From positions 27,516 to 91,515 of the forward strand of contig JBILEK010000001.1 of NCBI GenBank assembly GCA_044352155.1: a stretch of 64,000 bases of DNA, given 5' to 3'. This stretch comes from Bdellovibrionia bacterium. Lineage in GTDB: Bacteria > Bdellovibrionota > UBA1018 > JBILEK01. The notes below the pieces were generated by a model. The model was given only the letters and a program-made list of their open reading frames with translations. It made no database searches and had not been told where the DNA came from. Below are positions 17,283 to 27,919 of the stretch, in pieces; positions within the stretch are counted from its first letter, which is position 1; each line of letters opens with the position of its first letter. A program made the position numbers and the translations under genes.

Positions 17283-18632
17283 ATGAAACGCATACTCGTA
17301 ATCGCTTTGGTTTTGGTCGGGTCTGCTGTGTGGATCGCTCCTTCAAGTGAGGGCGGGGCGGACTCTGTAATCGCAATTGAAATCCGCGGTGTGATCAATC
17401 CTGCGAGCGTCTCACACTTAAAAAGCGCGATCGATCGCGCCAAAGCGCTCGGAGCAGGCGCGGTCCTTGTCGAGCTCGATACGCCCGGCGGGCTGCTCAC
17501 CTCAACGCGCGAAATGGCGCAGATGATCGAGACCTCACCCGTGCCCGTGCTTTTTTTCGTAGGACCCGGCGGAGCTTCGGCGACTTCCGCCGGCGCGCTC
17601 CTCATGCTCGCCTCGCACGTCTCAGGCATGGCTCCAGGTACGAACATCGGCGCCGCGCACCCGGTGGGATCGCAGGGCGAGGACGTCAAAGGCGCGATGG
17701 GCGACAAGGTGCTTAACGATACGGTCGCGTTCGCGCGCTCGCTCTCGGAGCTCCGCAAACGCAACGTCGCTTTATCAGAGGAGATCGTCTCCAAGAGCAA
17801 GAGCCTCGCTTACGAGGAAGCGCATTCTCAAAAACTCGTCGACGAGATCGCAAGTGATGCGCGCGAGTTTCTTCGAAAAGTGCACGGCAGACATGTGCAA
17901 GTGAGCGGCCGGGAAGTCGTTCTTCGCACTGCAGATGTTCGCGTCGACAGTGTTGCGATGACCTTTGGAGTGAAGCTTTTACACTGGCTCGCTCATCCGA
18001 ACATCGCAGGCATCTTGCTTTCGCTTGGCTTGCTGTTGATCTATGTTGAAGTTTCTAACCCGGGAATCACAGTTGCCGGAGCACTCGGAGGAGTGTGTGT
18101 GCTCGCAGCGCTCGTTTCCCTACAGATGCTCCCTTTGAGCGTCGGTGCCCAAGCACTCTTGATTTTGGGCGTGGTGCTCTTTGCGGCCGAAGCCGCAGTC
18201 TCAGCGCACGGCGCGCTCGCGTTTGGGGGCGGAGTCTCATTGATTCTTGGCCTTTTATGGCTCGTGGATCCGTCGGCTGCGGATCTTCAAATGAGCCCCT
18301 GGATTTTAGCCCCCATTGGAGCGGTGACTTTAGGTACAACTGCACTCGTCAGCTACGGTGCTGCACGCACGCTCTGGCTCAATCGTAGTGCGCTTGCCAA
18401 AATGAAGGGCGGGGGCTTAGGTGGGCTCTTGGGTTACGTCGGCAAGGTCGAGTCAGTGAGCGACGGCGGACTTAAAGGACAGATGCTGGTGCGCGGTGAG
18501 ATTTGGAATGTCGTGCCCGAGTCCGAGCAGATGCGACTACGTGCAGGAGAGTGGGTTGAAGCGACTGGGATGGAAGGGTTTACCGTTAAAGTCAGAGCAG
18601 CAGATCCAAAGCTCGATACGCGCGGAGATTAA
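17283..18632 (+). CDS. NfeD-like membrane-bound ClpP-class serine protease
   Basis: The N-terminal ClpP/SppA-like domain (VIAIEIRGVINPASV ... VDTPGG) is followed by multiple TM helices and a C-terminal OB-fold. The start lies 5 bp after the GATase-like gene's stop. Confidence 0.8.
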   Translation: MKRILVIALVLVGSAVWIAPSSEGGADSVIAIEIRGVINPASVSHLKSAIDRAKALGAGAVLVELDTPGGLLTSTREMAQMIETSPVPVLFFVGPGGASATSAGALLMLASHVSGMAPGTNIGAAHPVGSQGEDVKGAMGDKVLNDTVAFARSLSELRKRNVALSEEIVSKSKSLAYEEAHSQKLVDEIASDAREFLRKVHGRHVQVSGREVVLRTADVRVDSVAMTFGVKLLHWLAHPNIAGILLSLGLLLIYVEVSNPGITVAGALGGVCVLAALVSLQMLPLSVGAQALLILGVVLFAAEAAVSAHGALAFGGGVSLILGLLWLVDPSAADLQMSPWILAPIGAVTLGTTALVSYGAARTLWLNRSALAKMKGGGLGGLLGYVGKVESVSDGGLKGQMLVRGEIWNVVPESEQMRLRAGEWVEATGMEGFTVKVRAADPKLDTRGD

Positions 18633-19372
18633 CTGAGTCGTGAAATCGCAATCCCCGCCGCGACTGAAACGTTGAGCGATGTGACATCGCCTTGACAGGG
18701 AATCGAGCAAAGTAAATCGCAGCGCTCTTGGGTCAGGCGTCTCAATCCCTTCTCTTCATTTCCGAGCATCAAGAGCCAATGACGATCTTTAGTTTGCGAA
18801 AAGAGCGAGTCCTTTGCGTGCTCGGAAGTACCCAAAACCCACATCTCGCGCTCCTTTGCGCGCTCAATCGCGCGCTGGAGATTTGCAACCTGCGCGAACG
18901 GGACATGCTCCACACCCCCGCACGCGACGTCGTACACTACAGGTGTCAATGCTGCCGCGCGGTCCTGGCAGAGCAAGATTCCGCGCGCACCAAAGAACGC
19001 GGCAGTACGAAAAATTGAGCCCAAGTTCTGCGGATCTTGGACTTGATCTAGCGCAATCCAAAGACCGTAGCCTTCTTTGGGAGCGTGATCGAGCACTTCC
19101 TCAAGCGAGAGCGGCGGGCGTTCGCGCACACGTGCCTCGCCTTGAGCGTCGCGACCCGCTAGATCTGGCGTAGGAGCGATGCGCGGACCCTTTAGATCAG
19201 ATTTTTTTCCTGGAAACGCACCTTCCTCAACTCGCACTCTATTCTTAGATGCGATCGTACGGATGCGCGTCCAAACTTCGCCCGCATCTCCTAAAGGCAA
19301 GCGCACACTCTCCACGTCTCCAGGACGGGTTTCAAGCGCGGCTAAAATACTATGCGGGTTCTTGAGGATCAT
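18629..19372 (-). CDS. TrmH/SpoU-family RNA 2'-O-methyltransferase (RlmB-like)
   Basis: The C-terminal SPOUT motifs LLMLGNEEKGL and IPCQGDVTSLNVSVAAGIAI. Confidence 0.8.
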   Translation of the reverse strand: MILKNPHSILAALETRPGDVESVRLPLGDAGEVWTRIRTIASKNRVRVEEGAFPGKKSDLKGPRIAPTPDLAGRDAQGEARVRERPPLSLEEVLDHAPKEGYGLWIALDQVQDPQNLGSIFRTAAFFGARGILLCQDRAAALTPVVYDVACGGVEHVPFAQVANLQRAIERAKEREMWVLGTSEHAKDSLFSQTKDRHWLLMLGNEEKGLRRLTQERCDLLCSIPCQGDVTSLNVSVAAGIAISRLS

Positions 19373-20076
19373 CGGCCCATCTCCTTTAAGATCGCGCGCG
19401 CAGCCTGCGCCGGATCTTGAGCTTGCGTGATCGGACGTCCCACGACAAGCGCGCCGGCACCCGCGGCCACTGCCTCAGCGGGGGTCATCGTCCGCGCTTG
19501 ATCTTGGCGGTCACTACCCGCAGGACGGACGCCCGGTACGACGGGGGTCAGCGCGGGATAACATGCGCGCACCTGTGCGAGCTCCTGCGGAGAGCAGACG
19601 AGGCCGAAAAGTTGCGCTTTCGAAGCGAGACCAGCGAGGCCCAGCACCGAGTCGGAAGGAGAATGCGGGTTTGAAGCCACTTGCGAGAGGGTTGCAGACC
19701 ATTCTTCGGCGCTGAAGGACGTCAGCACCGAGACGCCTAGGAGTTTCACTTCGCCACGTGCTTTCTGTGCTTCTGCGAGCATTTTTGGTCCGCCCGAGAG
19801 GTGCACGGTCGCCCACTCGACACCCAGGCGCGCGATCTGCTCTACGGCTTTTGCGACCGTGTTCGGAATGTCATGGAGCTTAAGATCAAGGAACACCCGA
19901 TGCCTCGCCCGTGTGAGCCCCGCCGTCCACTGCGGACCCGCGGCCGTAAAAAGCTCTAAGCCCACCTTGTAGACGAGACCTAAGCCGCGTGTCGCTTCGA
20001 TCCACGCTTCCGCCTGCGCGGGGTTTGCGGTGTCGAGCGCGAGCGCCAGATCAGTAGGAGCGCGCGAAGATGACAC
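19369..20076 (-). CDS. pyrF: orotidine 5'-phosphate decarboxylase
   Basis: [12 protein letters not shown] (the conserved DxKxxDIP motif) and KVGLELF. It overlaps trmH by 4 bp and proS by 26 bp. Confidence 0.85.
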   Translation of the reverse strand: MSSSRAPTDLALALDTANPAQAEAWIEATRGLGLVYKVGLELFTAAGPQWTAGLTRARHRVFLDLKLHDIPNTVAKAVEQIARLGVEWATVHLSGGPKMLAEAQKARGEVKLLGVSVLTSFSAEEWSATLSQVASNPHSPSDSVLGLAGLASKAQLFGLVCSPQELAQVRACYPALTPVVPGVRPAGSDRQDQARTMTPAEAVAAGAGALVVGRPITQAQDPAQAARAILKEMGR

Positions 20077-21526
20077 GGACGTTATCCTCCGACTTCTTTC
20101 CGGTCATGAAGCAAGGCGCGTTCGAGCGGATGGGAGCGAAGTTCTGGTCAAGCTCGATGCAACGGATTGTGGCCTTGGTCTCTTCCTTGATTTTGGCTTC
20201 CATCGCTTTGTCGAGATGCCAAGAGACACGGAAAAATCCACCGCCATCGATGCGTTTCTTGAATTCTTCGTAAGTCGCGACTTCGAAAATGTTTTCGTCG
20301 CGGTGCTTGCGCGCGCGCTCGAGAAGGTCTTTCTGGAGAGCCGCAAGCTCGCGTCCCACGTGTGCGGGAGCTTCAGTAAGAGGAATGAACTTTTTCTCGC
20401 CCGTATCGCGACGTGCAATCACGCACTGCCGCTTTTCGAGATCTTTCGGTCCGAGCTCGATGCGCAGAGGCACACCCATGAGTTCGTACTCGTGGAACTT
20501 CCAGCCGGGCTGCTTGTTCTCATCGCGGTCGACGAAAACGTGGGTCTCGTGGGGGAGCGCTTTGACCGAAGCATCACCGAGAATTGCCGCACGGAGCGCA
20601 TCGGCGGCTTCGAGAACCATCGGTTTTACTGCGGGATCTTTGCCCAAAATCGGGATAATCGCTGCATGAAGAGGAGCCACCATCGGAGGCAGGATCAGAC
20701 CCTTGTCATCCGAGTGAGTCATGATGAGGCCACCAATCAAGCGCGTCGAGACGCCCCAGCTCGTCTGGTGCACGGTCTTTTGCTTGGAGTCCGAATCGAG
20801 GAACTGCGTACCGAAAGACTTGGCGAAATTATCCGCGAGGTTGTGCGATGTACCCGCTTGAAGCGCTTTCTTGTCCTGCATCATCGCTTCGATGCAGTAA
20901 GTGCGCAGAGCGCCTGCGAACTTCTCGCTCTCGGTCTTAAGCCCTGCGAGCACCGGCATCGCAAGCACGGTCTCGCAGAACTCCTGATACATCGCGAGCA
21001 TCTTGCGTGAGAATAGCTCCGCCTCTTCTTGCGTCGCATGACAAGTGTGACCCTCTTGCCAAAGGAACTCCGTCGTCCGGAGGAACAAGCGCGTACGCAT
21101 TTCCCAGCGCACGACGTTCGCCCACTGATTGATCAGCAGTGGCAGGTCCCGATAGGACTGGATCCACTTGGCGAACATCGAATTGATGATCGTCTCGGAG
21201 GTCGGACGGACGACGAGCTTCTCCTCGAGGTCCTTGGCGCCCGCGTAGGTCACGACCGCGCACTGAGGCGCAAACCCCTCGACGTGCTCCGCCTCCTTCT
21301 TCAAAAAACTCTCGGGAATAAACAGTGGAAAATACGCATTGCGCACCTGGTGAGACTTGATGCGGCTATCCAACTCGCGCTGGATGCGCTCCCAAACCGC
21401 GTATCCGTGAGGGCGAATGACCATGCACCCCTTGACCGGGCTGTAATCGGCCATTTTGGCCTGGAGAACCAGGTCCTGATACCACTCGGAAAAGTCTTGC
21501 GCGCGGGGGGTGATTTTTTCTGCCAT
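20051..21526 (-). CDS. proS: prolyl-tRNA synthetase (archaeal/eukaryote-like type)
   Basis: 491 aa with class-II aaRS motifs, no insertion domain and a C-terminal Zn-binding region. [12 protein letters not shown] and [13 protein letters not shown] are typical. Confidence 0.9.
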   Translation of the reverse strand: MAEKITPRAQDFSEWYQDLVLQAKMADYSPVKGCMVIRPHGYAVWERIQRELDSRIKSHQVRNAYFPLFIPESFLKKEAEHVEGFAPQCAVVTYAGAKDLEEKLVVRPTSETIINSMFAKWIQSYRDLPLLINQWANVVRWEMRTRLFLRTTEFLWQEGHTCHATQEEAELFSRKMLAMYQEFCETVLAMPVLAGLKTESEKFAGALRTYCIEAMMQDKKALQAGTSHNLADNFAKSFGTQFLDSDSKQKTVHQTSWGVSTRLIGGLIMTHSDDKGLILPPMVAPLHAAIIPILGKDPAVKPMVLEAADALRAAILGDASVKALPHETHVFVDRDENKQPGWKFHEYELMGVPLRIELGPKDLEKRQCVIARRDTGEKKFIPLTEAPAHVGRELAALQKDLLERARKHRDENIFEVATYEEFKKRIDGGGFFRVSWHLDKAMEAKIKEETKATIRCIELDQNFAPIRSNAPCFMTGKKSEDNVRVIFARSY

Positions 21527-21588
21527 AAGGCCCCCACCTTACGCCTAAACCTGGGCCGCCCGCAACAGCTCTTGCGCGGCGCGAGAGG

Positions 21589-23943
21589 GTGCGGCAGAAC
21601 AGGAGGGTGACGGCCGAAAACCTGCAAAAACCAGATCAAGACGCGCTCACGGCCGAGCGCAAAAAACGTCAACGCGAGCGCTGGGCGATCGTGGCACTGC
21701 TCGTCGTGTTTGTCGCGCTCACGGTCTTCGAGTTCCGCCTGACTCGTGTGTCTGAGAAGCTGCCCTTCGTTAACTCGATCTTTTTCTTTGGTCTCCTCAA
21801 CGTCAACCTGATCCTGCTGATTGCGCTTGTCTGGCTGATTTTTCGAAACATCGGGAAGCTTTTTCTCGAGCGCCGCTCTCGCGTCCTGGGCTCAAGGCTC
21901 AAGACCAAGCTCGTCGTCGCGTTTCTGGCCTTCTCCATCACGCCGACCCTGATCCTCTTTACCGTTTCTTCCCTGTACATTAACTCGAGCTTCGACAAGT
22001 GGTTCTCCATCAAAGTGCAGAACACGCTTCAAGCCTCACTTGAGATCACACGTACCTACTATAAAAACTCTGAACGTGTGGCGATGCACTTTGGCGAGCA
22101 CCTCGCCACACAGATTGGAAAGCGCGTCAGCAATGTTCCTAGTCGTTTTCGGCCTCCCGGATCAAATGAGCTCCCTCTCTGGCTTCCCAAGTACTTAGAA
22201 GATCAGCGAGCACTTCTCGCCCTGCACGCTGTCGAGTACTACGCCGATCCGCTGAGTGATCGACTCCTGACGACGCTTGAGACCTCAGAGAACGTCTCCT
22301 ATCCCAGGCTCTCACTTGATCTTTTGGATCGCGCTTTTTCGGGAGAAAATGTTTCAGTGATTCATCACATCGGATCCGGAGATCTCATCCGATGCTTGGT
22401 TCCAGTTTTTGTGGGAGGCCGAAAACCTGCATCCTCAAGCGATGAAGGACTCGCAGGAGTCGTCGTCATCAATAGCTATATTCCCGTGAGTCTCGTGAAT
22501 AAGGTCGACGAAGTCGCAAGCGTCTTTGATGACTATAAAGACACGAACCCTCTAAAGTATCCGCTAAAGACTGCATATTTTGTAATCCTCGTCATGATTA
22601 CGATGGTGATGATTGTGGTCGCGATCTGGATGGGCCTTTATCTCGCGAGAGAGCTCACGGTCCCGGTTGAGCGTCTAGTCCGAGGTGCTCAACTCGTGGG
22701 CTCTGGCAACCTTGATGTCACTATTGAGCGCTCGGGCGAGGATGAGATCGGCACTTTGATCGAGTCCTTCAATGCAATGACGAGGGATCTCAAACAAAAT
22801 CGGATGAAACTCACTGAGGCCGGCCATGATCTTGAGACTCGAAAACTCCAGCTCGAAGCCGTTCTTGCTAATATCGGCACAGGTGTTCTTGTCGTAAGTC
22901 CGCAGGGAGAAATCACCACTTTCAATCGTGCTGCAGCTGAGTTGCTTGAGATTGAGCCCGAGAGTGCACTCAAGCGTCCGTACACCAGCGTTCTGACGGA
23001 TGAGTCGCAAGCTCTGGTCGAAATCATTGCGCAAGCGACCGCGCAGACTGAAGATCTTAAACCAGAAGTGATTCAATGGACGTTTCGCTCAAGCGATGGC
23101 ACGACACGCTCGCTCGCGGGGATCGCAAGTTCGCTTCGCGACTCTCAGGCTTTTTGGGGTGTTGTCGTCGTGATTGATGACATGAGTCACCTTATGAAAG
23201 CGCAGCGCGAGGTTGCATGGCGTGAAGTCGCGCGACGGATTGCGCACGAAATCAAAAACCCCCTCACCCCCATCAAGCTCTCGGCCCAACGTCTTCAGCG
23301 TCAACTGGGGCATACCCCCGGAAAAGAAGGAGCTCTCTTACGCGAGTGTACCGAGACGATCGTCAAGCACACCGACGAGCTCAAGGAGATGGTCAACGAG
23401 TTCTCGAATTTTGCCCGATTCCCTGAAGCCTCGCCTGCACCCCACCAACTCAATGAAGTGATCCTCGAAGTGATGCGCTTGTTCTCTCAGGCTCATCCTG
23501 AGATTTGGTTTGAAACCAATCTGGAGCAAAAGCTACCGATCTTTGATTTCGATCGCGATCAAATCAAACGTGTACTGATTAACTTGCTCGACAACGCCAT
23601 CGCCGCGCTTGGAGATGCTCAAGGCCAAAAAAAGATCAAACTCGAGAGCCACTATAACGAACCGCTTCAAATCGCGGTGTTTACAGTGGAGGACAATGGG
23701 CCGGGCATGTCTGAAGAAATACGAGACCGCGTGTTTGAACCCTATTTCTCGACCAAAAAAGAAGGTACAGGACTCGGGCTTGCGATCACAAAACGCATCG
23801 TCAGCGATCACGATGGGTTTATTCGAGTGCACTCGGGACTCCAACAGGGCACGCAGTTTGTGATCGAGCTCCCGACTGCGCCAAAAAAACCCATTGAAGA
23901 CGTCGCGCTTAAGAAAGGACCCAAATGGGGCACTCCATCCTAA
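21589..23943 (+). CDS. ntrY: NtrY-like sensor histidine kinase (TM-HAMP-PAS-HisKA-HATPase)
   Basis: 784 aa. N-terminal TM helices are followed by a HAMP, then a PAS. The H-box is ARRIAHEIKNPLTPI. The N/G-boxes are LLDNAIAA and GTGLGLAI. Confidence 0.8.
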   Translation: MRQNRRVTAENLQKPDQDALTAERKKRQRERWAIVALLVVFVALTVFEFRLTRVSEKLPFVNSIFFFGLLNVNLILLIALVWLIFRNIGKLFLERRSRVLGSRLKTKLVVAFLAFSITPTLILFTVSSLYINSSFDKWFSIKVQNTLQASLEITRTYYKNSERVAMHFGEHLATQIGKRVSNVPSRFRPPGSNELPLWLPKYLEDQRALLALHAVEYYADPLSDRLLTTLETSENVSYPRLSLDLLDRAFSGENVSVIHHIGSGDLIRCLVPVFVGGRKPASSSDEGLAGVVVINSYIPVSLVNKVDEVASVFDDYKDTNPLKYPLKTAYFVILVMITMVMIVVAIWMGLYLARELTVPVERLVRGAQLVGSGNLDVTIERSGEDEIGTLIESFNAMTRDLKQNRMKLTEAGHDLETRKLQLEAVLANIGTGVLVVSPQGEITTFNRAAAELLEIEPESALKRPYTSVLTDESQALVEIIAQATAQTEDLKPEVIQWTFRSSDGTTRSLAGIASSLRDSQAFWGVVVVIDDMSHLMKAQREVAWREVARRIAHEIKNPLTPIKLSAQRLQRQLGHTPGKEGALLRECTETIVKHTDELKEMVNEFSNFARFPEASPAPHQLNEVILEVMRLFSQAHPEIWFETNLEQKLPIFDFDRDQIKRVLINLLDNAIAALGDAQGQKKIKLESHYNEPLQIAVFTVEDNGPGMSEEIRDRVFEPYFSTKKEGTGLGLAITKRIVSDHDGFIRVHSGLQQGTQFVIELPTAPKKPIEDVALKKGPKWGTPS

Positions 23944-25331
23944 TTGTAGACGATGAGACATCCATCCTCTCTGCACTTAAAGGTGCACTTGAGGACGAAG
24001 GCTATTTAGTCTCGACTTGCTCCTCGGGCGAGCAGGCACTCAGTTATCTCGAAAAGCAAACTCCTGACGCCATCCTGCTTGATATTTGGATGCCCGGTCT
24101 TGATGGACTTGAGACCCTAAGACGCATTAAGGATGCTTGGCCTCAGACTGTCGTAATCATGATGTCCGGTCATGGCACGATTGAAACTGCAGTGCGCTCC
24201 ACGAAACTCGGTGCCTACGACTTCGTCGAAAAACCCCTCTCTCTTGAAAAAATACTCGTTCTGCTTAAAAACGCGCAAACGACTCACGAGCTTGCGATCG
24301 AAAACTCCGCTCTCCGTAAGCAACTTTCGCGAACGAAATCTCTCATCGGCAAAAGCGCCGCCATCGAGCAGATTCGAGAGATGATTCGCAGAGTCGCACC
24401 TACGACGGGATCAGTTTTAATCACTGGAGAGAACGGCACCGGCAAGGAAGTTGTCGCACAAAATATTCATGCACTCTCACCGAGGTACAATAAGCCTTTT
24501 ATCGAAGTGAACTGCGCAGCAATCCCGGAAGAGCTCATCGAGAGCGAGCTTTTTGGGCATGAAAAAGGCTCATTCACGGGCGCAAACCAACAGCGCCGCG
24601 GAAAGTTTGATCTCGCACATGGTGGAACGCTTTTTCTGGACGAGATCGGCGATATGTCGCTGAAGACTCAAGCAAAGATTCTAAGGATCCTGCAGGATCA
24701 AAAATTTACTCGGGTGGGTGGATCTCAGTCTTTCATCGTCGATGTACGGATCATCGCAGCGACAAACAAAAATCTAAAAAGCGAGATTCAAAAGGGCTCG
24801 TTTCGCGAGGACCTTTACCACCGACTCAATGTCATCCCATTTCAAATCTCACCACTCAGGGAGCGCAAGGAGGACATCCCACTGCTGGTTGAGCATTTTT
24901 TACAGACTTTTTGCGACTCCCATGGTCGACCTGTTTTGAAATTTTCTGGAGAGGCGATCCGAGTGATTTCGAGCTACTCCTGGCCTGGAAACGTTCGCGA
25001 ACTCAAAAATCTTATTGAGCGCATCGTGATCCTCGTCGGTGAGTCAGAGGCCAAAAAGCCCATCACGGCAGCGCTCATCCTCCAGCACCTCAATGAGGAG
25101 CCTCAAAGTCCAACCCTCAGCGCGAATGACGATAAGACCCTCTCCGGCCTCGCCCTCGGCTCAGCAGCACGCAACCTGAAAGATGCACGACATGAGTTTG
25201 AGCGTGAGTTTATTCTCAAAACGCTCAAAGAGAACGACTGGAACATCTCAAAAACTGCAACGATCCTCGGTGTCGAGCGTAGTCATCTCCATCGCAAGAT
25301 TAAGTCCTACGGAATCGACCCCGAGTCCTGA
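23925..25331 (+). CDS. ntrX: sigma-54-dependent response regulator (NtrX/NtrC family)
   Basis: Receiver domain (ILIVDDE ... D), AAA+ Walker A GENGTGKE, GSFTGA sigma-54 contact motif and C-terminal Fis-type HTH. Overlaps ntrY by 19 bp. Confidence 0.8.
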   Translation: MGHSILIVDDETSILSALKGALEDEGYLVSTCSSGEQALSYLEKQTPDAILLDIWMPGLDGLETLRRIKDAWPQTVVIMMSGHGTIETAVRSTKLGAYDFVEKPLSLEKILVLLKNAQTTHELAIENSALRKQLSRTKSLIGKSAAIEQIREMIRRVAPTTGSVLITGENGTGKEVVAQNIHALSPRYNKPFIEVNCAAIPEELIESELFGHEKGSFTGANQQRRGKFDLAHGGTLFLDEIGDMSLKTQAKILRILQDQKFTRVGGSQSFIVDVRIIAATNKNLKSEIQKGSFREDLYHRLNVIPFQISPLRERKEDIPLLVEHFLQTFCDSHGRPVLKFSGEAIRVISSYSWPGNVRELKNLIERIVILVGESEAKKPITAALILQHLNEEPQSPTLSANDDKTLSGLALGSAARNLKDARHEFEREFILKTLKENDWNISKTATILGVERSHLHRKIKSYGIDPES

Positions 25332-26659
25332 AGCGTGCGAGGCGTCGCGTCGATCGGCAGTACTTCTGAAATCTCATGCGAGGTATCGGCTGAGACCTCA
25401 AGCTCCTGAAACCTACGCGCGCTGACGAGCACGCGACTCTCAAGAGAACCTACCGCACTATTGTAGCTCTTGACTGCAGTGTTGAGATTCTTACCAACAT
25501 TGGAGAGGTGATCACCAAAGTCAGAGAGCCGTTTGTAGAGCTCCTTCCCGAGATCGCTGATTTTCTGCGCGTTCTTTGCAAGCCCCTCTTGGCGCCACCC
25601 GTAGGAGACCGCGCGCAAGAGAGCGATGAGAGTCGTCGGAGTCGCTAAAATCACTTTTTGCTCTACTCCTACTTCAATGAGTGCTGGATCTTGCTCAAGT
25701 GCGGCACTGAAAAAAGTCTCTCCAGGAATAAACAACACCACAAACTCTGGCGAAGGCTGAAACTGATCCCAATACCCTTTGCGACTTAACTTCTGCATGT
25801 GAGAGCGAATCTGCTGCGCATGCTGCTGCATCCGTTCAAGACGAGTGAGCTCATCGGATGACTCAATAGCTTCCAAGTACGCGGCCAGCGGAGCTTTTGC
25901 GTCAACAACGATAGACTTTCCGCCCGGTAGTCTCACCACCAAATCAGGACGGAGCGCGCCTTCATCGGCCTGCGCAGTCTCTTGCTGGAAAAAATCGCAG
26001 TGCTCAAGCATCCCTGCCATCTCCACAACACGCTTGAGCTGGATTTCGCCCCACCTTCCGCGCACGTGCGGGGCGCGCAGAGCTTTGACGAGATTTGAGG
26101 TTTCGGAACGCAGTTCTCGCTGCGAGTCGACTAAACTTTGGACCTGCTGCTTGATGGACTCGTACGCGCCCACGCGCGACTTCTCGAGCTCACCGATCTT
26201 GAGGTCGACTTTTTCGAGTGATTCCCTCACGGGCTTCACGAGTGAGTCGATGGACATCTGACGCTTTTCAAGGTCCTGTCGCGCATCGATCTGGAACTTC
26301 TCAAGCGTCTCTTTTGCAAGAGTGAGAAACGAGGCATTGCTGGACTTGAGCGCCTCAGAGGAAAGTGCCTTAAAATGATCACTCAGTTGTCGCTGGGCTT
26401 CGGAGAGCACTGCGAGCTTTTCGGCCGCGCTCTTACGCTCCAGATCTAGCCGCGCACGCAACTCAGACGCCTCAAGCTCGAATCGGCGTGTATTTTCGAG
26501 GTCTTGCTTAAGAGCTGTGCAAGTGACATCCCGCTCGGAGAGGCGCGCTGAAAGCTCCGACAAGCGTGGATGGAGCTGCATCCTCCCGATTACAAAACCG
26601 ATTACAAAACCTAAGGTGAGCGCCGCTACTGCAACCAAAGCAATCCAAAAGACCATCAC
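25307..26659 (-). CDS. rmuC: DNA recombination protein RmuC
   Basis: An N-terminal TM segment is followed by a long coiled-coil and the RmuC C-terminal domain. Confidence 0.85.
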   Translation of the reverse strand: MMVFWIALVAVAALTLGFVIGFVIGRMQLHPRLSELSARLSERDVTCTALKQDLENTRRFELEASELRARLDLERKSAAEKLAVLSEAQRQLSDHFKALSSEALKSSNASFLTLAKETLEKFQIDARQDLEKRQMSIDSLVKPVRESLEKVDLKIGELEKSRVGAYESIKQQVQSLVDSQRELRSETSNLVKALRAPHVRGRWGEIQLKRVVEMAGMLEHCDFFQQETAQADEGALRPDLVVRLPGGKSIVVDAKAPLAAYLEAIESSDELTRLERMQQHAQQIRSHMQKLSRKGYWDQFQPSPEFVVLFIPGETFFSAALEQDPALIEVGVEQKVILATPTTLIALLRAVSYGWRQEGLAKNAQKISDLGKELYKRLSDFGDHLSNVGKNLNTAVKSYNSAVGSLESRVLVSARRFQELEVSADTSHEISEVLPIDATPRTLQDSGSIP

Positions 26660-26701
26660 TCCTCCTACCGCGCCAAACGTCGAGTGCCAAGATGTAGAGC
26701 G

Positions 26702-27475
26702 TTAAAACTCAAGCTCAACCCAAAGCGCAGCATGATCCGAGAGGCGTCGCCAACGTCCACGCGTGTAGCGTGCACAGAGCCGCGGAGTTAACCCACGGAC
26801 ATAAATACGATCAAGCGGAAGTAAGGGCATCCAAATCGGAAACGTCCGCGCAGGCTCTCCTTGCAAAACTTCGATCGCCTCTTCGAGTCCGAGACGCTCT
26901 CTGAGTTCAGATGAGATTTGCTGATTCCAATCGTTAAAGTCGCCGGCAACGACTAGCGGATGATCACGCGGAATGTGTGCTTCAATCTGATTACAGAGTC
27001 GCTCCACTTGACGCTCACGCCCCGACTGAAAAAGATCTAAGTGTAAACAGATTAAATCAATTCTGCGCCCCATCTCAGGGATCTCGATGACTCCGTGAAG
27101 GAGCCCGCGTCTCTGAAGCTGAGAATTGGAGACATCGATGTTCTCCCACGAAATAAACGGAAACTTACTTAAAATCGCGTTGCCGTGATCACCTCCGGTT
27201 GTGACTGCGTTTTTTCCGTAAGCATAGTGATCCCAAATCGTATCAGCCAAATACTCAAACTGAGTCCCACGCACTTCTTGAAGAAACACGATCTCCACCT
27301 CGGCCGAGCGAATCGCATCGCGCACCCCTTCAAGCGACAGGGTTCGACCAGATGCGCCAAAACCTTTATGGATGTTGTAAGTCAGTAAGCGTAACCGAGG
27401 CATCTCAGACAGAATTACCGTATTGTCGCAACTTGCTCCAGCCTCTCCCGCACCCACTGCGGCAGACCGCAACAA
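26702..27475 (-). CDS. endonuclease/exonuclease/phosphatase (EEP) family protein
   Basis: LLTYNIHKG ... IVFLQEV ... and C-terminal SDH, typical EEP catalytic motifs. It lies 42 bp upstream of rmuC on the same strand. Confidence 0.75.
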   Translation of the reverse strand: MLRSAAVGAGEAGASCDNTVILSEMPRLRLLTYNIHKGFGASGRTLSLEGVRDAIRSAEVEIVFLQEVRGTQFEYLADTIWDHYAYGKNAVTTGGDHGNAILSKFPFISWENIDVSNSQLQRRGLLHGVIEIPEMGRRIDLICLHLDLFQSGRERQVERLCNQIEAHIPRDHPLVVAGDFNDWNQQISSELRERLGLEEAIEVLQGEPARTFPIWMPLLPLDRIYVRGLTPRLCARYTRGRWRRLSDHAALWVELEF

Positions 27476-27512
27476 CTCTGCGATTAGAACTCTCTATAAA
27501 GCATCCGCCTGT

Positions 27513-27528
27513 TGGCATTGCAGTTGCT
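27513..27528 (+). promoter_or_regulatory. sigma-54 (-24/-12) promoter: TGGCATtgcagTTGCT
   Basis: GG and GC are separated by exactly 10 nt and match the TGGCAC-N5-TTGCW consensus. It lies about 85 nt upstream of the small secreted-peptide gene and upstream of the HK/sigma-54 RR pair. Confidence 0.5.
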
Positions 27529-27610
27529 GTCTTACATCAATAACAATACGACTCGCCACGACACGTTTTAGCGTCAAAGCGCTGTCGAAACACAACATAA
27601 GGAAATCAAA

Positions 27611-27841
27611 ATGAACAAGCTCATTCCTGTGATCGCAGTTCTTTTCGCAACCTCCGCTTTCGCAGCCGACCACGGCGGCGCTAATCACGGAAACGCTGCA
27701 GCAGAAGCTCCTAAGGCTGAAGCGCATGCCGCTCCTGCAAAGAAAGTAGCGAAGAAAGCTAAAAAAGCTGCTGCAAAGAAAGCTGAAGCTCCTGCTGCTG
27801 AAAAGGCTGCTGAAGCTCCTGCAACCGGCCACAGCAACTAA
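27611..27841 (+). CDS. small secreted His/Ala/Lys-rich low-complexity protein (76 aa)
   Basis: Signal peptide MNKLIPVIAVLFATSAFA. The mature part is ADHGGANHGNAAAEAPKAEAHAAPAKKVAKKAKK... with four His. The antisense Cys-rich ORF 27494-27832 is judged spurious. Confidence 0.55.
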   Translation: MNKLIPVIAVLFATSAFAADHGGANHGNAAAEAPKAEAHAAPAKKVAKKAKKAAAKKAEAPAAEKAAEAPATGHSN

Positions 27842-27919
27842 AAGATTTCGCTTAAAAAACGAATTCGTGAACCGGGAGACCTTGGCAACAAGGTGCTCCC
27901 GGTTCTATTTTGAGTTGCT

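Noticed and set aside
20030-21010. 326-aa plus-strand ORF antisense to proS
   Set aside because: It lies fully within the conserved prolyl-tRNA synthetase gene on the opposite strand. No domain signal.
27494-27832. Cys-rich 112-aa minus-strand ORF overlapping the small Ala/Lys-rich peptide gene
   Set aside because: It is a mirror frame of a low-complexity GC-rich gene. The plus-strand peptide has a signal peptide and a sigma-54 promoter, so the antisense ORF is most likely spurious.
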